A stretch of 64,000 nucleotides of DNA from Cirrosporium novae-zelandiae (Eukaryota), in assembly GCA_026023565.1 (NCBI GenBank), contig JAPETS010000002.1:1-64000 (forward strand). The letters are read 5' to 3'. A model generated the notes under the pieces. That model did no database searches. It was not told where the DNA came from and saw nothing but the letters and a program-made list of their open reading frames with translations. Shown here one piece after another: positions 40,501-53,923 of this stretch. Within the stretch, counting starts at the first letter, position 1. Each line of letters opens with the position of its first letter. A program made the position numbers and the translations under genes.

Positions 40501-40709
40501 GATTGTGTTCATCCACAAACACATAGTCTATATATAATATCAGCTCCAAACCTACTCTAGAAGAATAACCGCAATATCTTAGCAGCACAAGGGTTAAAGA
40601 GCATACTCTTAGGACCAGTCGGTGGTGGCTGACTCGGAGGAGTGAAAGAGAATGTTTGCATTTGAGCAGTCTGCGGTAGCAAACGCCTCCCACCAGGGTC
40701 ATTTGCCAT
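37567..40709 (-). CDS. Zn(II)2Cys6 transcription factor with fungal-specific TF middle domain, ~9 exons
   Basis: Spliced product MANDPGGRRLLPQ...NYVFVDEHNRHKRLKVMRACEGCRRRKIKCDAATTNTWPCSACTRLKLTC, followed by FFQNIHPYVPVL, STLQALLLL, TRTRIWQ and a final WQQSVASVYDPAGLKRRWD. Eight GT-AG introns inferred; start may be further upstream. Confidence 0.92.
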
Positions 40710-43700
40710 TGAAGTAAATAGTGTATATTCGTCGACGAGGTGTTTTGTTATTACTTGATACGGTCAGCGGCCAACACCATAAACCGCATTCTCATCTGAA
40801 GTTGGAAAGATAAAAGCTAGCATTCGTCGAATTACTTAAAGATGTCTCGTGGAGATGGTATGAAACGGGATATATGCGCGTGGTCGAGGGGGGTGTTGCA
40901 GGGTTGAGGCATGCATTCGAATGGTCGACTTCGGATTTGGGTGCAGATGAGGAAGGGTTGTCGGACAAAGATCTCAAGCTTGCATGCAACGGCTAGGGCT
41001 TAACCTTCTCGGCGCTTTTTTGAATGTCGACTTTTCGGAGCAGACTGGAGGGTCCGGCATATATGCATATATGTTTAGAGGGATGATCTTGATGAAGTAG
41101 AAGGGTTCGGCCGAAATTGCCTCGTGGTGATTCAGTCCAAGACAAAGCACACATGCAACGAGGTTTGAATATTGTAACTTAGACAAGGCTATTTCAGCTA
41201 GTGGGGAGATCGAGTGGGCAGACTTTAGTTAGCGGATGGCTACCGCACAGCGGTTTCGTGGAGGGGGGGGAGGGGGGTGTACGACGTCCTAATCCTGGGA
41301 AAAGGCGGTACCAAGCCAGAGTGAATTTTGTACCCAAGTTGACCCAAACAACAACGAATGAGCGGATCTGTGGGTTACAGATGCGTGGTTGGGTCGAGCC
41401 GAATATTGGTGCGGGCAATTCAGGAATACAAAAAGGTAATAGTAAACGGTGCTGGTTATTATGGAGTAATTGTAAAAGGATGTCCTGCTCGCTGGTGCTG
41501 GTGGTGGTCGGTGGTAACTCAAGTAGAGTAGTACTCTAACCCTGCAAGGGAGGGAGGGGGAGGGGAAAGATTTCCGTCTGGCTACTTGGTTCGTGCACCT
41601 GTTAATGGGTGTCAAGCAGACCCTATCGAAGTTAACGTAAGATACGATACATCAAGGACTAGAAAACATTTCGTGCTATAATAATCCATACCCTGTGAGT
41701 CTGTGTGTGCCCTGTACCAATTCCACTGTAATTAATATTCTTGTCCTCCTGCACCTCTCAATACAGATTCCGTCGAGGGTCAAATACTGGACCTAAAAAA
41801 TAATAAAAAAAAATAAAAAAAAGTGACTTGGAAACCCGGAAGAATTCCGTTCTCCTAGCTGGCGGAGAAGGATGGGGCCAACCTGGTTTGAATGAATAGT
41901 AAACAATAGTTGCGTTGGCCGCGGGTAGAGAGATCTGGGGTAGTTTGCTATTTTGAATGTCCTGAGTATCCTTGGAACCGGGATAAATGGAGAGGTTGAT
42001 AGGCTATAGGCTGTGAGGCCGTGAGGCTTGTGGAGGTAGGTCAAGGCCTTTCTTGGTCGTCTGCTCCCTTCAATTATTGCCAATGAAGATGGAAATGATG
42101 GCGGCGAAGTTACTCAAGCTGCTCTTTTTTTTGGCGCGACCTGTTGAATTGGCTAGGGCGGTAGTGGAGGGTGGGATCATAGGATGGCAGGGCCAAAAAC
42201 GGCGTAAAACGGCCCACCGGCGGAAAGTCTCGCGGATGCTTGCTCAGGCTCGCTCGGGCTAGGTCCTAAAAGCCCTAAAAGATGAACGGCACTGATTGTT
42301 AATTTAGTTGCATCTCCTGAGTCGTCAATTCTGGAGATGCTTGATCAACGATCACCGATGCAAGCAATCTGTTTGGCTTACTCGCTTGAAGCTAGGAAGC
42401 TTTCGCCTGCCGGATAGCCAGAGGTATTGGAAAAAACGAGATTTAAGGTCGCATGGTGGGTTATTCGAATCTAAATTTCTACTGAGGAGACTTTTGGGAA
42501 GAAGCAGAAGCGTTTATGACATAAATGATAGGCAGGGTAGGCATCCAGGTCTACCAAGTTTACCAAAGTCCACCAAGACTCCATCAAGTGTGCCAGAATC
42601 GGTTCTTGATGCAGCCAGGTCGTAGTTCAACGCCATCAACGCCATCCAAAAAACCATTAATGCCATGAGCTTGACACCGTTGACATCGGCAGTTCCCCCC
42701 TGGTTGATTTTCCCTGCCCCCCAGTTTTCCTCCCAATTTCCTCTCTTGTACTGAGGTCTTATAGTCTGTTCTTCTGTGCATAACTGCTGTACTTGTACAT
42801 GTCAAATCAGGTGCTTTAGCCTACTGTTGTATTTGTTGCAAGTGGCGGTAACAAAAAAACAAGATTTTCCAAACCTTTCAGGACATGCCCCTTGTCTTTT
42901 GTAACCCTACCACTACAGCATCTCTTCTTTTGTCGCTCTTTCTTGGACCTGAGCGCACACTGGTGTGAGGTACTTTTGTGCCCTAGAGAAACATCTAGAG
43001 AGGTAGTATCGTCTTGTTATCAGCGATAGAGGCGGGGGAAAATAACATGTGAAAGCTTAATATTGAGTCGACTACTATGCCTGACTTTTCTCTATCGAAT
43101 GCTTTTTTATTACAAAGAAATATAAAATCAATTGAATCAGGTGATTTAATCAATCAAAATTCCCTCTTGTATATTTTACTTCCATAGACCATTCTCGCAA
43201 AAGAGACTCGAGGTAATTTTTTTCTTCTTTTTTTCCTTTGAACCTACCTAGTGACGGAATGTTCAAAGAACAATGTGGAAGGGACCCATGATTTTGCTGG
43301 GTTTCCATGGGCCATGGTAGCTACCACGCTGCATGGTAGAAGTGCACAGGCATCCGCGTCCCGTCAAAGATAGAGTAGCGTACTAGTAATTTCAATTCAG
43401 TATTTACAGTAATTAGCAACTGCCTAGATATGTATTTCTAGTATTCACCGCAATAATAAATTATTACCCTTTGGTCTTTCGACAAGAAAGAAAATTATCT
43501 AGTGTCAGTTAGACACACACACTGGATCAACATAAACCAAGTGAACCAAGTAAACCTTCAATTTAACTTTATGGAGGAGTCGATCCAGAGCTGGATCGTT
43601 GGGAAATACAACGTATTGTTTCACGAGTTGAGTCGGGGTATCATCAAAACGACCAAAGTAGGAAAAACCTCGGTAACTCATGAATGAGATTTACGTGCAG

Positions 43701-46162
43701 GGATTGCAAGGACTACAAGGACCGCAAGGACCTCAAGGGCTGCAAAAATTGCGAAGTACCTAGGTTCTACATACCTACATGCTTTAACTATCAATCACAG
43801 TAGAGTTTAGGCTCTCGGATGAAAGAAAAAATAAAATGGCCGATTCAATTGAATGGTTGAAAACCAGACTTCTGTAACTTTACTCAAGAATTCGGTAAAG
43901 ATGACAGCGAGCCAGGGGAGGAGGGAGAGATTGGGGGGGCACGTGGGGGGATACACATTTCGAACATCCTCAAGTATACTAAAGGTACACTTTAATGAGG
44001 CGTTGATGATACTTTGAGGCTACTAAGTTTTCTTTTTTTTTCATAACTGCAACAAACAATCAACTATTACAGTATTCTTGGAATAATTATTAACTTATCC
44101 TTGGTAATCATTCGTTGATACTTCAAATCATGACAAAGTACCTAGGTATCCTACGGTCCAAAGATCCAACCAGTACCACTCAGTCTCACTAACGCTGGGT
44201 GCAAGGAGCGGCCCTTCCCGTCTGGACATGAGAACATGAGAACATGTGAATTTGCGGGTCAAATCGTACAAATTGGCCACATCTTCAATCTCGTTTTCCG
44301 AAGAAATTGAAAGGTGGGCAAGAAGGACTTGCTGGTGAGCAGATGATAATGCAGGAAAGAAAGTTGAAATAATAAGACATCTAGATTCCATTTGTGAATT
44401 ACGCGAGAGGCTTTGGCTGCAACTTTGGCTGTAACAGGCCGAGAGCCTAAATCAGATCTGACACTCTGAAGTCGGATGAACTTAGGGTAGCTCATTAATT
44501 AATCCCTACCAGACTAAAGTTATGTTCCTGCCTGCTCTGTCATAGCGGGTTTTTGAGAGGTAAAAGGTACAGTGGATAGCTTCAATTATATCCACAGGTA
44601 AAAATGTAAAATCTTCCAGCCTCGTTCTTTGGGCCTGGAGACAATTTTTCGTGGGGCCCACCATCTGAACCTCAACACCACGGTGGTAAAAACCCATCCT
44701 AACCCCACAGCTTTACCTTGCAAGTTAAGTGCTGTTCAACGTCCAAATGAGACAATTACAGCACCACATATTCCGACATTGGTAAAAATCCATCAATTCC
44801 ATGGTATTTACGGTACCCTAGATAGCACTCTGTTTTGACATCCTGCTGTATGGAAAATTCTTCGGGCCTTCTACACTAGAATCTTATTAGAAGTTTCTTG
44901 AACACATGGACAATGAAAGCTCATGGAAGTTATGTGGGAGATATCCTTGTACCTTGTTATCCTATGGAACAGGAAAAGAAGGGTGGTGGCTCTGTCCCTG
45001 CTTTGTCCCTGAACCAGGGACCTCCTGAGTACGAGTACAATGGATATTCTGGTTGGGTATTGAAATGCCGGATATTTGAAGTGCAGTAGTAAGTTGAAAG
45101 TAACAGTACAAAGAAAACAACTACCGAAAATCAGCATAAAACAGTGACTATGTCAAGGATGGCGCAGAAGCATAAACCACGGCCATTCAGAAGGATGCTA
45201 GATATTAATTTACAGGGCCATAGGCGCACGGAGGTGGTTTTTTGTAATTAATAAGCTCAGTAGGTACGTTGGTAAGTGAAAATGAGAAAATGAGAGGCCC
45301 GACCGAGGATCAGTCCTGAATTCTTGGTCTTTCTCCATCTCCACTTCCCTGTCAGCGGAAGAGCCGGTGACAGCTCGGTGCAGTCATGTCAGAGAGAGAG
45401 GTGGTCGATTCCAAGGGCAAAGGTCGGTAGCTTACTTCCTCCAGTGCTCCAGCGAGTCCAGTCCCACAAAATAATTACAATAATGTCAATAACGTTAGAC
45501 TTCGGTGGCTCGAGCCCCCATCCCCCCCGCTCAGGGTTTCTCCCTGCCCACTGCCTTGCCATTGGGACCTTCATACTTCTCATCTGATCTTTCAGTAAAG
45601 CATACTCAATTCATAGTTGGAGAGTGAGCAGAGTGCAACCATATCTTGTAATTAATTAGGATTTCAATAATCCGAATAATCCCCACGTCCAAATGACATG
45701 GCTGAAAAAAAAAATTGGTCCGAAAAGGTATAGTAACTATCAATCCTGTCTACTTCTTGTGCTCTTTAGTTGAGATTTGCCTAGAAAGAACCAAGAAAGG
45801 CATCAAGCAAGTGGATCCTAATAGACTGAAAAAAGAGATGAAGCTCATCTCTTGATCCCTAAGGCCACGCAAGCTACCAAAAGTTCCAGCGTTGTCATCT
45901 ATCTATAGTTATCCGTTGAGGTCGCACAACACCCATCTTGGGGATAGGAATATGAAGCAGCTATCCGTGTTGGATGTATCATGTATCATCCTCACAACGT
46001 CAATTTTCTCCCGACATCTTGGACTTTTCTGAGATTTGGAACACATCCAGGACGAGATGACTGACGTTAGTTATCGACATTAACTTATCTACCCAGGTAT
46101 AGAAAGTTCTTCGTCTCACCTTGTTTCATTCTCAACCCATATTTGGATCTCGTTCTGCTCCA

Positions 46163-47460
46163 CTAAGTAATATTATTGCTACTTATAGACACTAGGATCA
46201 GAATCAGATGAGGATCAAGACACTGCCATTTGAGGTTAACCATCAACGTCATGGTTATTACACACAATAGCCTCAGGGACATTAACCAACTGCTCTCTTT
46301 GCTCTTTTCGGAAAACTTTAGAGATCGAGAGATCTCTCTCCAAACTCCTCTTTGGCACATGTTATGAAAGAGAGGGGATTTAACATTCTCTTTTTGACTT
46401 TGTCGATCACTCGACATGATTTCCTGTTCCTATCTTCGTCGACCTTTTCCAGGTCACTTCAATTCCAATTCCGATCAAGGTCGGTATTTTCCTTGGTCGA
46501 ATTCAGGCATTACCCCAATCTCCACATTCCGCTTTCAACCCTTGAAGATAGGAGCTTGTTCCTTCTGATTTCAATATAAATTCTTTCTTAGCTGGCGATT
46601 CATATATCTGACATTTCATCTAGTGTAGCGGTCGACAAGATGTATTAAACAAATAAAGCTTTCCCTTCTTCCCCTTATCGTTTCTCGATACACTCAATTT
46701 TCGAGACTCTGGGACCATTGTCTGCCACTTCTTGTGAACCAAAAAGGGATGGTGGATGGCAATATTAAATGTAAATAAGCCATTTTTGGATTGTGTCTTT
46801 CTGTCTAATGGCTGGGTGTACCACCATAGATATCAACATTGTTAGGCTGATCTTATCGCTAGGTAGAGATTGGTCTAGGAGAGTAACAACGGTGCCAAAC
46901 GATTACCCGTCAATGCTTTCCAGAACCGCGCTTATTGGCCTTCTGGAGTTGATGTGTTCGAAGGTTCACCAAACTTAGACGAATAGAACCGGAACTCATG
47001 CCAAATCCGAGAATTATTGTCTACCCCCACATCTGCAATGCTAACAGGTTTGAGCCACTCGCCACCTGAAAACACATCGCTTCCTGCATACTGAAAAGCG
47101 ACTGTCCTTGTTCAGTATCCGTGGAAAGGGTCCAAGTCCAGGTTAACAACCTGAGATGAATGCATGTACTTATGCATACGAGAGTGACGTCGGAAAGGGC
47201 CGATACGAGGGTTTGAAGCCTTCATAGATTTCAATATCGTGGTTTGTTTCATACGAAACTGCAGTCGTTGATGAAATACAGTGATGATTATTCTCATCTC
47301 GCCCAAAATATAATCCATTTGAAAGAGTGTTGACAATAGTAGCGGCATCAAAATCTACTCGATCTGAGGGTAAGCGTCTCTCATCATTCCTACATGGGCT
47401 TCGCCCTCTTTACCACAACTGCTTCTTACAGGACCTCTCTGTCATAGAGCACATGAAGCC
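46163..47460 (-). pseudogene. Possible decayed protein-coding remnant of unknown family
   Basis: Minus-strand frames give protein-like stretches of 50-80 aa separated by single stops and frame changes. Family not recognised. Confidence 0.25.
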
Positions 47461-49915
47461 TTCATTCTATCGCTAATTAACCAAGATACCTCTCAAGTTC
47501 AAACGTCACACGCTCATCTCTAAATGCTCATGCTCCAAAAATTTCCCAGAATCCTTCGAATTTTCACATCCTTCAGCTCCCAATAGCAAAGGTAGTCAAG
47601 CTTATTCTCCGTGAATAAAGCTAACTATTCTCTGGACATACTTTTCCGTCGATATATTACGATCTTACCTAAACACCGGTGGCACATAATAGCATCGCAC
47701 GATGCAGAAGGAACTATAGCTTTCTGCTACGCAATTGCCTCCACTTTCATTCACTACACCCGCTTTGCTCGCCTTAGGCTCTCGATGACAACATTGGATA
47801 TTGATTATAAGCCTTCTCATTCTCTCTCGACGCAAAAGGGCAAAGTATTAATACTATTCTATATACGACCAAGCTTTCACGAGGTCTTAAGGGCTCTTCA
47901 ATTTTTATTGATATTCTCCTATTATTATTAACGCCATACCGTTAACTAAATTTCTTATATCTGCACACACGTCAACGCATGAAGAGGCATATAAGGATGG
48001 TACTGCTATATACATGTTATTCCTCTTCCGTCAAAAGTAACGATAGGGCCCTTATGTTTTACATTGAGATTACTCATCCACTTTCCGACCTATTTTCGTT
48101 CCATATAGAAAAAATCTAAAGGCTTTAAGAGCGCTCTACATATATTATCTTCGAACAGTATCTAGGTGGTGATACGTATGTTTACAGATGTTAGGGCTTT
48201 AGATGTTTATGAAAATTGGTTTGATCCTATTTGATAAAGTACTAATCTAAGAATAGAGAGAAATGTCGAGTTTGCGCTAACTAGGTGGAATTACACATTT
48301 TGATCGTAATCTTTCCTTCTCCCGCCAATTTCCCAGCTCTAGGTCAACCATAAGGTTGACGGGGTGAGTCAGTAAATAATGTTATAGTACATAAATCCTC
48401 GCCTTATTAGTTCTCTCACTATCAAAGGCTCATCTTGGACACTCAAAGAATTACTCGAGAAAAGATGGAGTCATCTACTCCCGTGCCCTTTAAAGAATCA
48501 AGGGAGGTTGTATGGTCGGTTTATCACATTTTTACCAATTCAATTCCATAACCAACCAGCCACTAGTAGTCGCTTGACATCTTCAGATTTACATAACTAT
48601 TAAGCTAGAATTCTTCACTAGGCCAGGTGTAGAGCCTAAAAGTGACGCTATATAAATTTTGGTGCATAAATATAGAAGAAGAAGAAGAAGAAAAATCTTT
48701 CAGTTCCACCCTTAGGCAGGATTGAAGGTATGTAGTAAAGGTGTAACGCTCAGTATAGTGATACGAATAAATACTGTAAGAAGTAAATAAATCTCAAATG
48801 GCCCCAAAAGAGCTAAGGCTCACTCACCTAAGATACCTTCTCTCATCTTTTGGGCCACCGTGAAACCACACGTCTCTACCGTTAGTCTACACTGATGTGC
48901 TTATGACCTGTTTTTTTTTTTAAAACTTGCTATTATTACAAGGCCAAGTTACTAAACCCGAACCATGAAAGAAAGAATTAACTAAAGAGTTAGAGATATC
49001 ACTGTATCCGGTATTTTTCATTTTTTTGATATACGCGGATTATATAACAAAATATAATTACTATTTACCTAGATAGGAATTTTTTTGGGGGGGGATTTCT
49101 TTCTCATTCACACGCAAACTTCACCGCTATTATTATTATTGTTATTATTTATTCTTACTCCAAGCCCTTTTAAAATTGAATAAAAACACGCCACATTTAA
49201 AACTGGGTGGAGAATTTCACAACAAGTGCATAGCTTCGTTCCACGGACCACAAAAACGCCTCTTCGAATAGTAATAATAATATCTCCTGACTGAAAAATG
49301 AAAAAAAAAATATCTGATAGGAATAGCCGCTACAACGTTCGCGAGAAGAAGTATGGGTCTCGAAGTGTCTCATGGAGTATTTTGGGTCTGATATACATCA
49401 TAGCAGGAAGAGACTCGCTGAAAGTTGTGAATTTTTTCTCTCTTTTTTTTTTTTTATTTGTGGCAATGAAATATGAATATAATGCATAAAATAGGCGTTG
49501 TGGGTTGGTTGTGGAATTGTACTTGTTTGCTGATGGTAGACTAAATATGAAAGAGGATAAAAAAAATCTAACCTTCGAACAAATGTAGCGGAGAGCCTCG
49601 CAAGCGAAACACAAAGAAGAACTGGTTATGATAATGTGAACACATAAAATTCAATATCAAGGTAGCAAGACTGAGACGTAAAAATGTCGTCAAGAAGGAA
49701 GGGAAAAAAATTATAGTGTTGGTCTCACCGGGATATCCGCCACCGGGTGGAGGTGTTGATGAGGTACATGCTTTTCAGGGGTCTCTACTGGAAGCAACAA
49801 GGCTGACTTCAGGTTCCTTGGAACCTTCTGTTCTTTCTGCTGACTACACTTTTATAGCATTCATATTTCTGCTAAGTCTCCATCGAGTGGCTGCCCCGAT
49901 TCTCTAGCCATTGAC

Positions 49916-49937
49916 GATGATGATGATGATGATGATG
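49916..49937. repeat. (GAT)n microsatellite upstream of the MFS gene
   Basis: About seven tandem GAT units. Confidence 0.85.
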
Positions 49938-50383
49938 ACGCTTCTACTATTCGCTCTCTCTCTCCACACACTTGCATTTCCCCGCTCAGCTAACCGCCTA
50001 CTACGGGAATCCTTTACTCGATATGCATCCACTATGCTTAATATCAAGACTTATTCCCATCATATTACCATAATTTAAGATCTCAACCAATCATCAAGTT
50101 GCCTATCTCCTTCAAGAATGAGGAGAGAAGTGTCTGTCAAATACTTTTTTTATTTTCAGGCCCGATTTCGGCAATACGGCACACCCGAAGATAATTACAT
50201 TATTGATGAACTCTTCAATAATGTTCTCTTTCTTTCTCTCTCTTTTCGGTTGTGAGCTGGGAGGATACTGACTCCCTGACAACTACAAAACCATCACTTG
50301 CGTATTGTGTTCTGCATTTCATGACCAAGACATCATCAGCCTCACTCTAGTCCTAGAACTAGAGTATCGAACGACAGTGAAAT

Positions 50384-52036
50384 ATGGCGGACGAAAAGAA
50401 GGAATCCACAAGTTTAACTCACCTCCCCGTTGATATAGAGAAGGAGGTTTGCGACGACTGTGATCTCAGCACCGGGTTCTCTACGGAGCTTCCGCCGCGA
50501 GTAGAGAAGACGTGCACCGTTGGATACAGTTCTGACCCCGGGCTTAATACCAATGGATCCAACGAGCTTGGGATTGATATCCCAGATGGTGGATTTCATG
50601 CGTGGCTTCAAGTATTTGGTTCGTGGTTTTTGTTTATAAATTCCTGGTAATGCATCCTTTTTCTCTACCTAATACCCCTAAAAGATGCTGAAATGTGATG
50701 TTCTGATTATTGTTTGTCTATATAAATTAATATGCTGACCCACAAACGTCTTGGTCTTTTAGGGGGGTTGTCAATTCCTTTGGCGTATTCCAAGCCTATT
50801 ATGAATCGGCAATGCTAAACGACCAAAGCCCATCCAACATTTCCTGGATCGGTTCAATCCAAGCCTTTCTCCTCCTAGTTGTCGGGTGAGTGCTCGCCTC
50901 TTTATCATGATCTCGAGAAGCTCTCAGTCGAATACCCTCCACATCAAAATCGATTATTGACACCGAAGTCTCAAGTCTTATCACAGGACGTGCCTATGAT
51001 GCAGGATATTTTCGTCTGCTTGTGCAAGCGGGTACAATTTTGATTGTGTTTGGATTCATGATGACCAGTCTCTGCAAAGCGTATTGGCAAATCATGCTTG
51101 CGCAGGCCGTCGTGATAGGAATAGGATCGGGTTTCCTGTATTACCCATCAGTAGCCATATTGCCGCAGTATTTTTCCACGAAAAAGTCGCTGGCTAATGG
51201 GTTTGCTACCAGTGGAAGCAGTATAGGTATCATCATTCTTTCCTTCAAAGTAATTTATCATGTAGCTGATATGCCGCATAGGAGGTGTCATCTACCCCAT
51301 TGTTTTCCGAAGATTGGAACCTCAAATTGGATTTGGATGGACCACTCGAGTCATTGGTTTTATTGTCCTTGTAACTAGTAGCTTCTCTCTCGCCATAATG
51401 AAGGTCCGAGTTCCTCCTACAGAGAAACGAAAGCTTTGGTCATTGGACGCACTAAAAGAGCCAACATTTGGGCTAGTTACATTGGCTCTATTCCTTGGGT
51501 TTGCAGGAACCTATATTCCAATCTTCTATACCCAGAGCTATGCGATCGACGAGAAGATCACAGACGAGAACTTAGGGCTCTGCATGTTGGCTATTCTGAA
51601 CTCAAGTTCTGTCTTTGGTCGGATAATTCCAAATTTTTTCGCTGATAAAATAGGTGCCCTTAATATTCTTGCCCCTACCATGGGCGTGGCTGGATTATTG
51701 GCATTCTGCTGGACCACAGTCAAGAACAAAACTTGGATGATAATCTTCGCCCTTCTTTACGGTTTCTTCTCCGGCACAATCGTGTCACTTCCACAAGTGC
51801 TACTTGTAGCATTATCACCAAGTCTTAACGTCGTTGGCACCCGTCTTGGAACAGCGCTTCCTCTCGCAGCACTGGGAATTCTCATTGGAAGTCCAGTTGC
51901 GGGGGCTATCCGAAACGCAACAGATTCTTATTTTGGGATGCAGATATTTTCTGGGTCAATGTCGATGGCCGCTTTGGGTGTATTGATTGCGGCTCGTATT
52001 AGCAAAAGTGGATGGAAGGTGAAGGTTAAGATTTGA
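50384..52036 (+). CDS. MFS transporter, monocarboxylate permease (MCH-like) family, 4 exons
   Basis: PDGGFHAWLQVFGSW, WGVVNSFGVFQAYY, SNISWIGSIQ, GRAYDAGY, QYFSTKKSLANGFATSGSSIGG, FGRIIPNFFADKIG, VGTRLG. Introns at ~50647-50762, ~50886-50975, ~51227-51281. Confidence 0.93.
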
Positions 52037-52475
52037 ACTGTGGTACCCTATTAATGAAAACAGCGCACTCGAAAGGTTTGCAAGCGATCTCCCTAAATTA
52101 AAGCCAGATAAAAGTTCTGTGTCTATTGGACCGTCTCGGCGTTCTATATCCATCAACCCACATAATAATAACTCCTTGCTACGGGTGTTTGCCATCACAT
52201 TTCGGGAACAGGTCGGGGAAGCCAATACAGGTTCTAGTTTTCATTGTGCGCGTAAAACGTCGAAAAATATAGAGGTAGGCTAGTTTCTGGAGTTCTCTTT
52301 GATGTGATAAAATATGTAGATGAAGTGTTGGTTAGACTAGAATGAAGGCGACCCCTAATTGGCAAGACTGGGGTTTGGAGTATTGGCGTTTATATGTTGC
52401 CTAGAATGCTGGAAAGCCAAATAATTTCTATTTTTTTCTTCTCTGGGTGCTTTTGAGTCATACGTATGCTCCATC

Positions 52476-53176
52476 CTATGAAACATCTTCCGGATTAACT
52501 CTGAAATTCTCACCATTCTCACGAATGTGCTTGTGATCCTTATCCCGGTCAAGTGGCTTTCTCATGTCGAAACCATCCTCGTCTGGTTTCGCGTAGTAGC
52601 CCACAACTCTTCTAAATACTGAGTAACTATCCGTTCTCATGGTTAGTTATACTGATCTCCTAGTTCGATCGCCTCTCGCCTCTCTTAGATGAGAGTGAAT
52701 ATCTAACATACCCCATGCTCTTGTAAAGGTTTATCGCAACTTCGTTGCTTTCCCGCACATACAAATCTACAAACCAGGCGTCCTGTTCATTACATGCCTT
52801 CTCAAAACTCTTGGTCAACAATCGCGCTAGGCCCTGTCGCCGATATGATGGTGCAATAGTCAAGGCGGTAATGTGTCCATGCCAGGGGGTGTAGTGCTCA
52901 GATAAGGCCATCGATTTCGGTTGTTCTTCGACTTTGCCCATGACTAGAGATTCAGAAGGAACCAGTCAGTAACCCTGGTCGCAGGATGATTGGAACTGGG
53001 GAGCCCAAACTGTATCCAACAATTTGCCCCTTATCCTCGACAACCTGGAGGAGGGATGGCCATTTCCCTAGATATTCTAGGTAAAAGTTGAGTTGATAGT
53101 TCTCGACGAGAGGATCTAGATTTGTCAGATTGAGGTGAAAGAGGTCATTTGGCTTGAAAGGACGGACTGCCACCAT
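52476..53176 (-). CDS. NAT3: N-terminal acetyltransferase B catalytic subunit (Nat3/NAA20), 3 exons
   Basis: LTNLDPLVENY, PWHGHITALTIAPSYRRQGLA, WFVDLYVRESN and a last exon YSVFRRVVGYY...DMRKPL ending at TAG 52476. Confidence 0.95.
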
Positions 53177-53923
53177 GGTGGATCGACCTCTGTTGAAAAT
53201 AATAAGCAGTATTGAGGTCTCTTGGTGGAATAAAATGATATTTTAGCTGGTATATATAATAATCATGTCATTTCTCTTGCCAGTTGAGTGATTGTGTGTC
53301 GGGCATTTGAGACGGAAGGTGCCGTTAAGGTAGGGATAAATGAACAGAACACAATGAACACAATATGGGGGAGTTATGTATAAATCACTAATTAGGTAGC
53401 CACACATTTTTATGTCTTGGGTCTCGACTATCCGATCCTTGAAAGCATCTCTCCCTTTATTTACGGGTTTCCTATAGCTATCTACATCTTTTGAGTCTTG
53501 ACAGACCTTTGCATCTTTGCGACTCGTCTCGCCTTTGCTTTGGCACACTTCTCGTGTTCTTCAATCAAACATTCCGTTCCTGTTGCAGCCATTCTCGGTC
53601 GACCCTTTGAAAAGGACCACCATAATCATTACTCTAATCACCGAAACCATTTTGACTTGACTTAAAAAAAATTAGCTAACTTAACCTCCATTCAACAATT
53701 TTTACAATTCTTTTCGGAACCATTATTCTACCGTATACCGCTTTAATCTATAAATTCGATTTCTATTTGGTCTGGACCTTATAGTACATACCAGTTGGTA
53801 TCCTGGTCAAAACCTGCCTGACACTACCCAACCCTTGAAACAACCTTAGGTTGTTGACTTGCATCGCATCCTGCAACCTCGAGAGAACTGCAAAGTTTAC
53901 AAACGCACCCGCATACATTTACA

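Noticed and set aside
53482..53592. 36-aa minus-strand ORF (MAATGTECLIEEHEKCAKAKARR...) upstream of NAT3
   Set aside because: Short, with no recognisable family or supporting exon structure; indistinguishable from chance without expression data.
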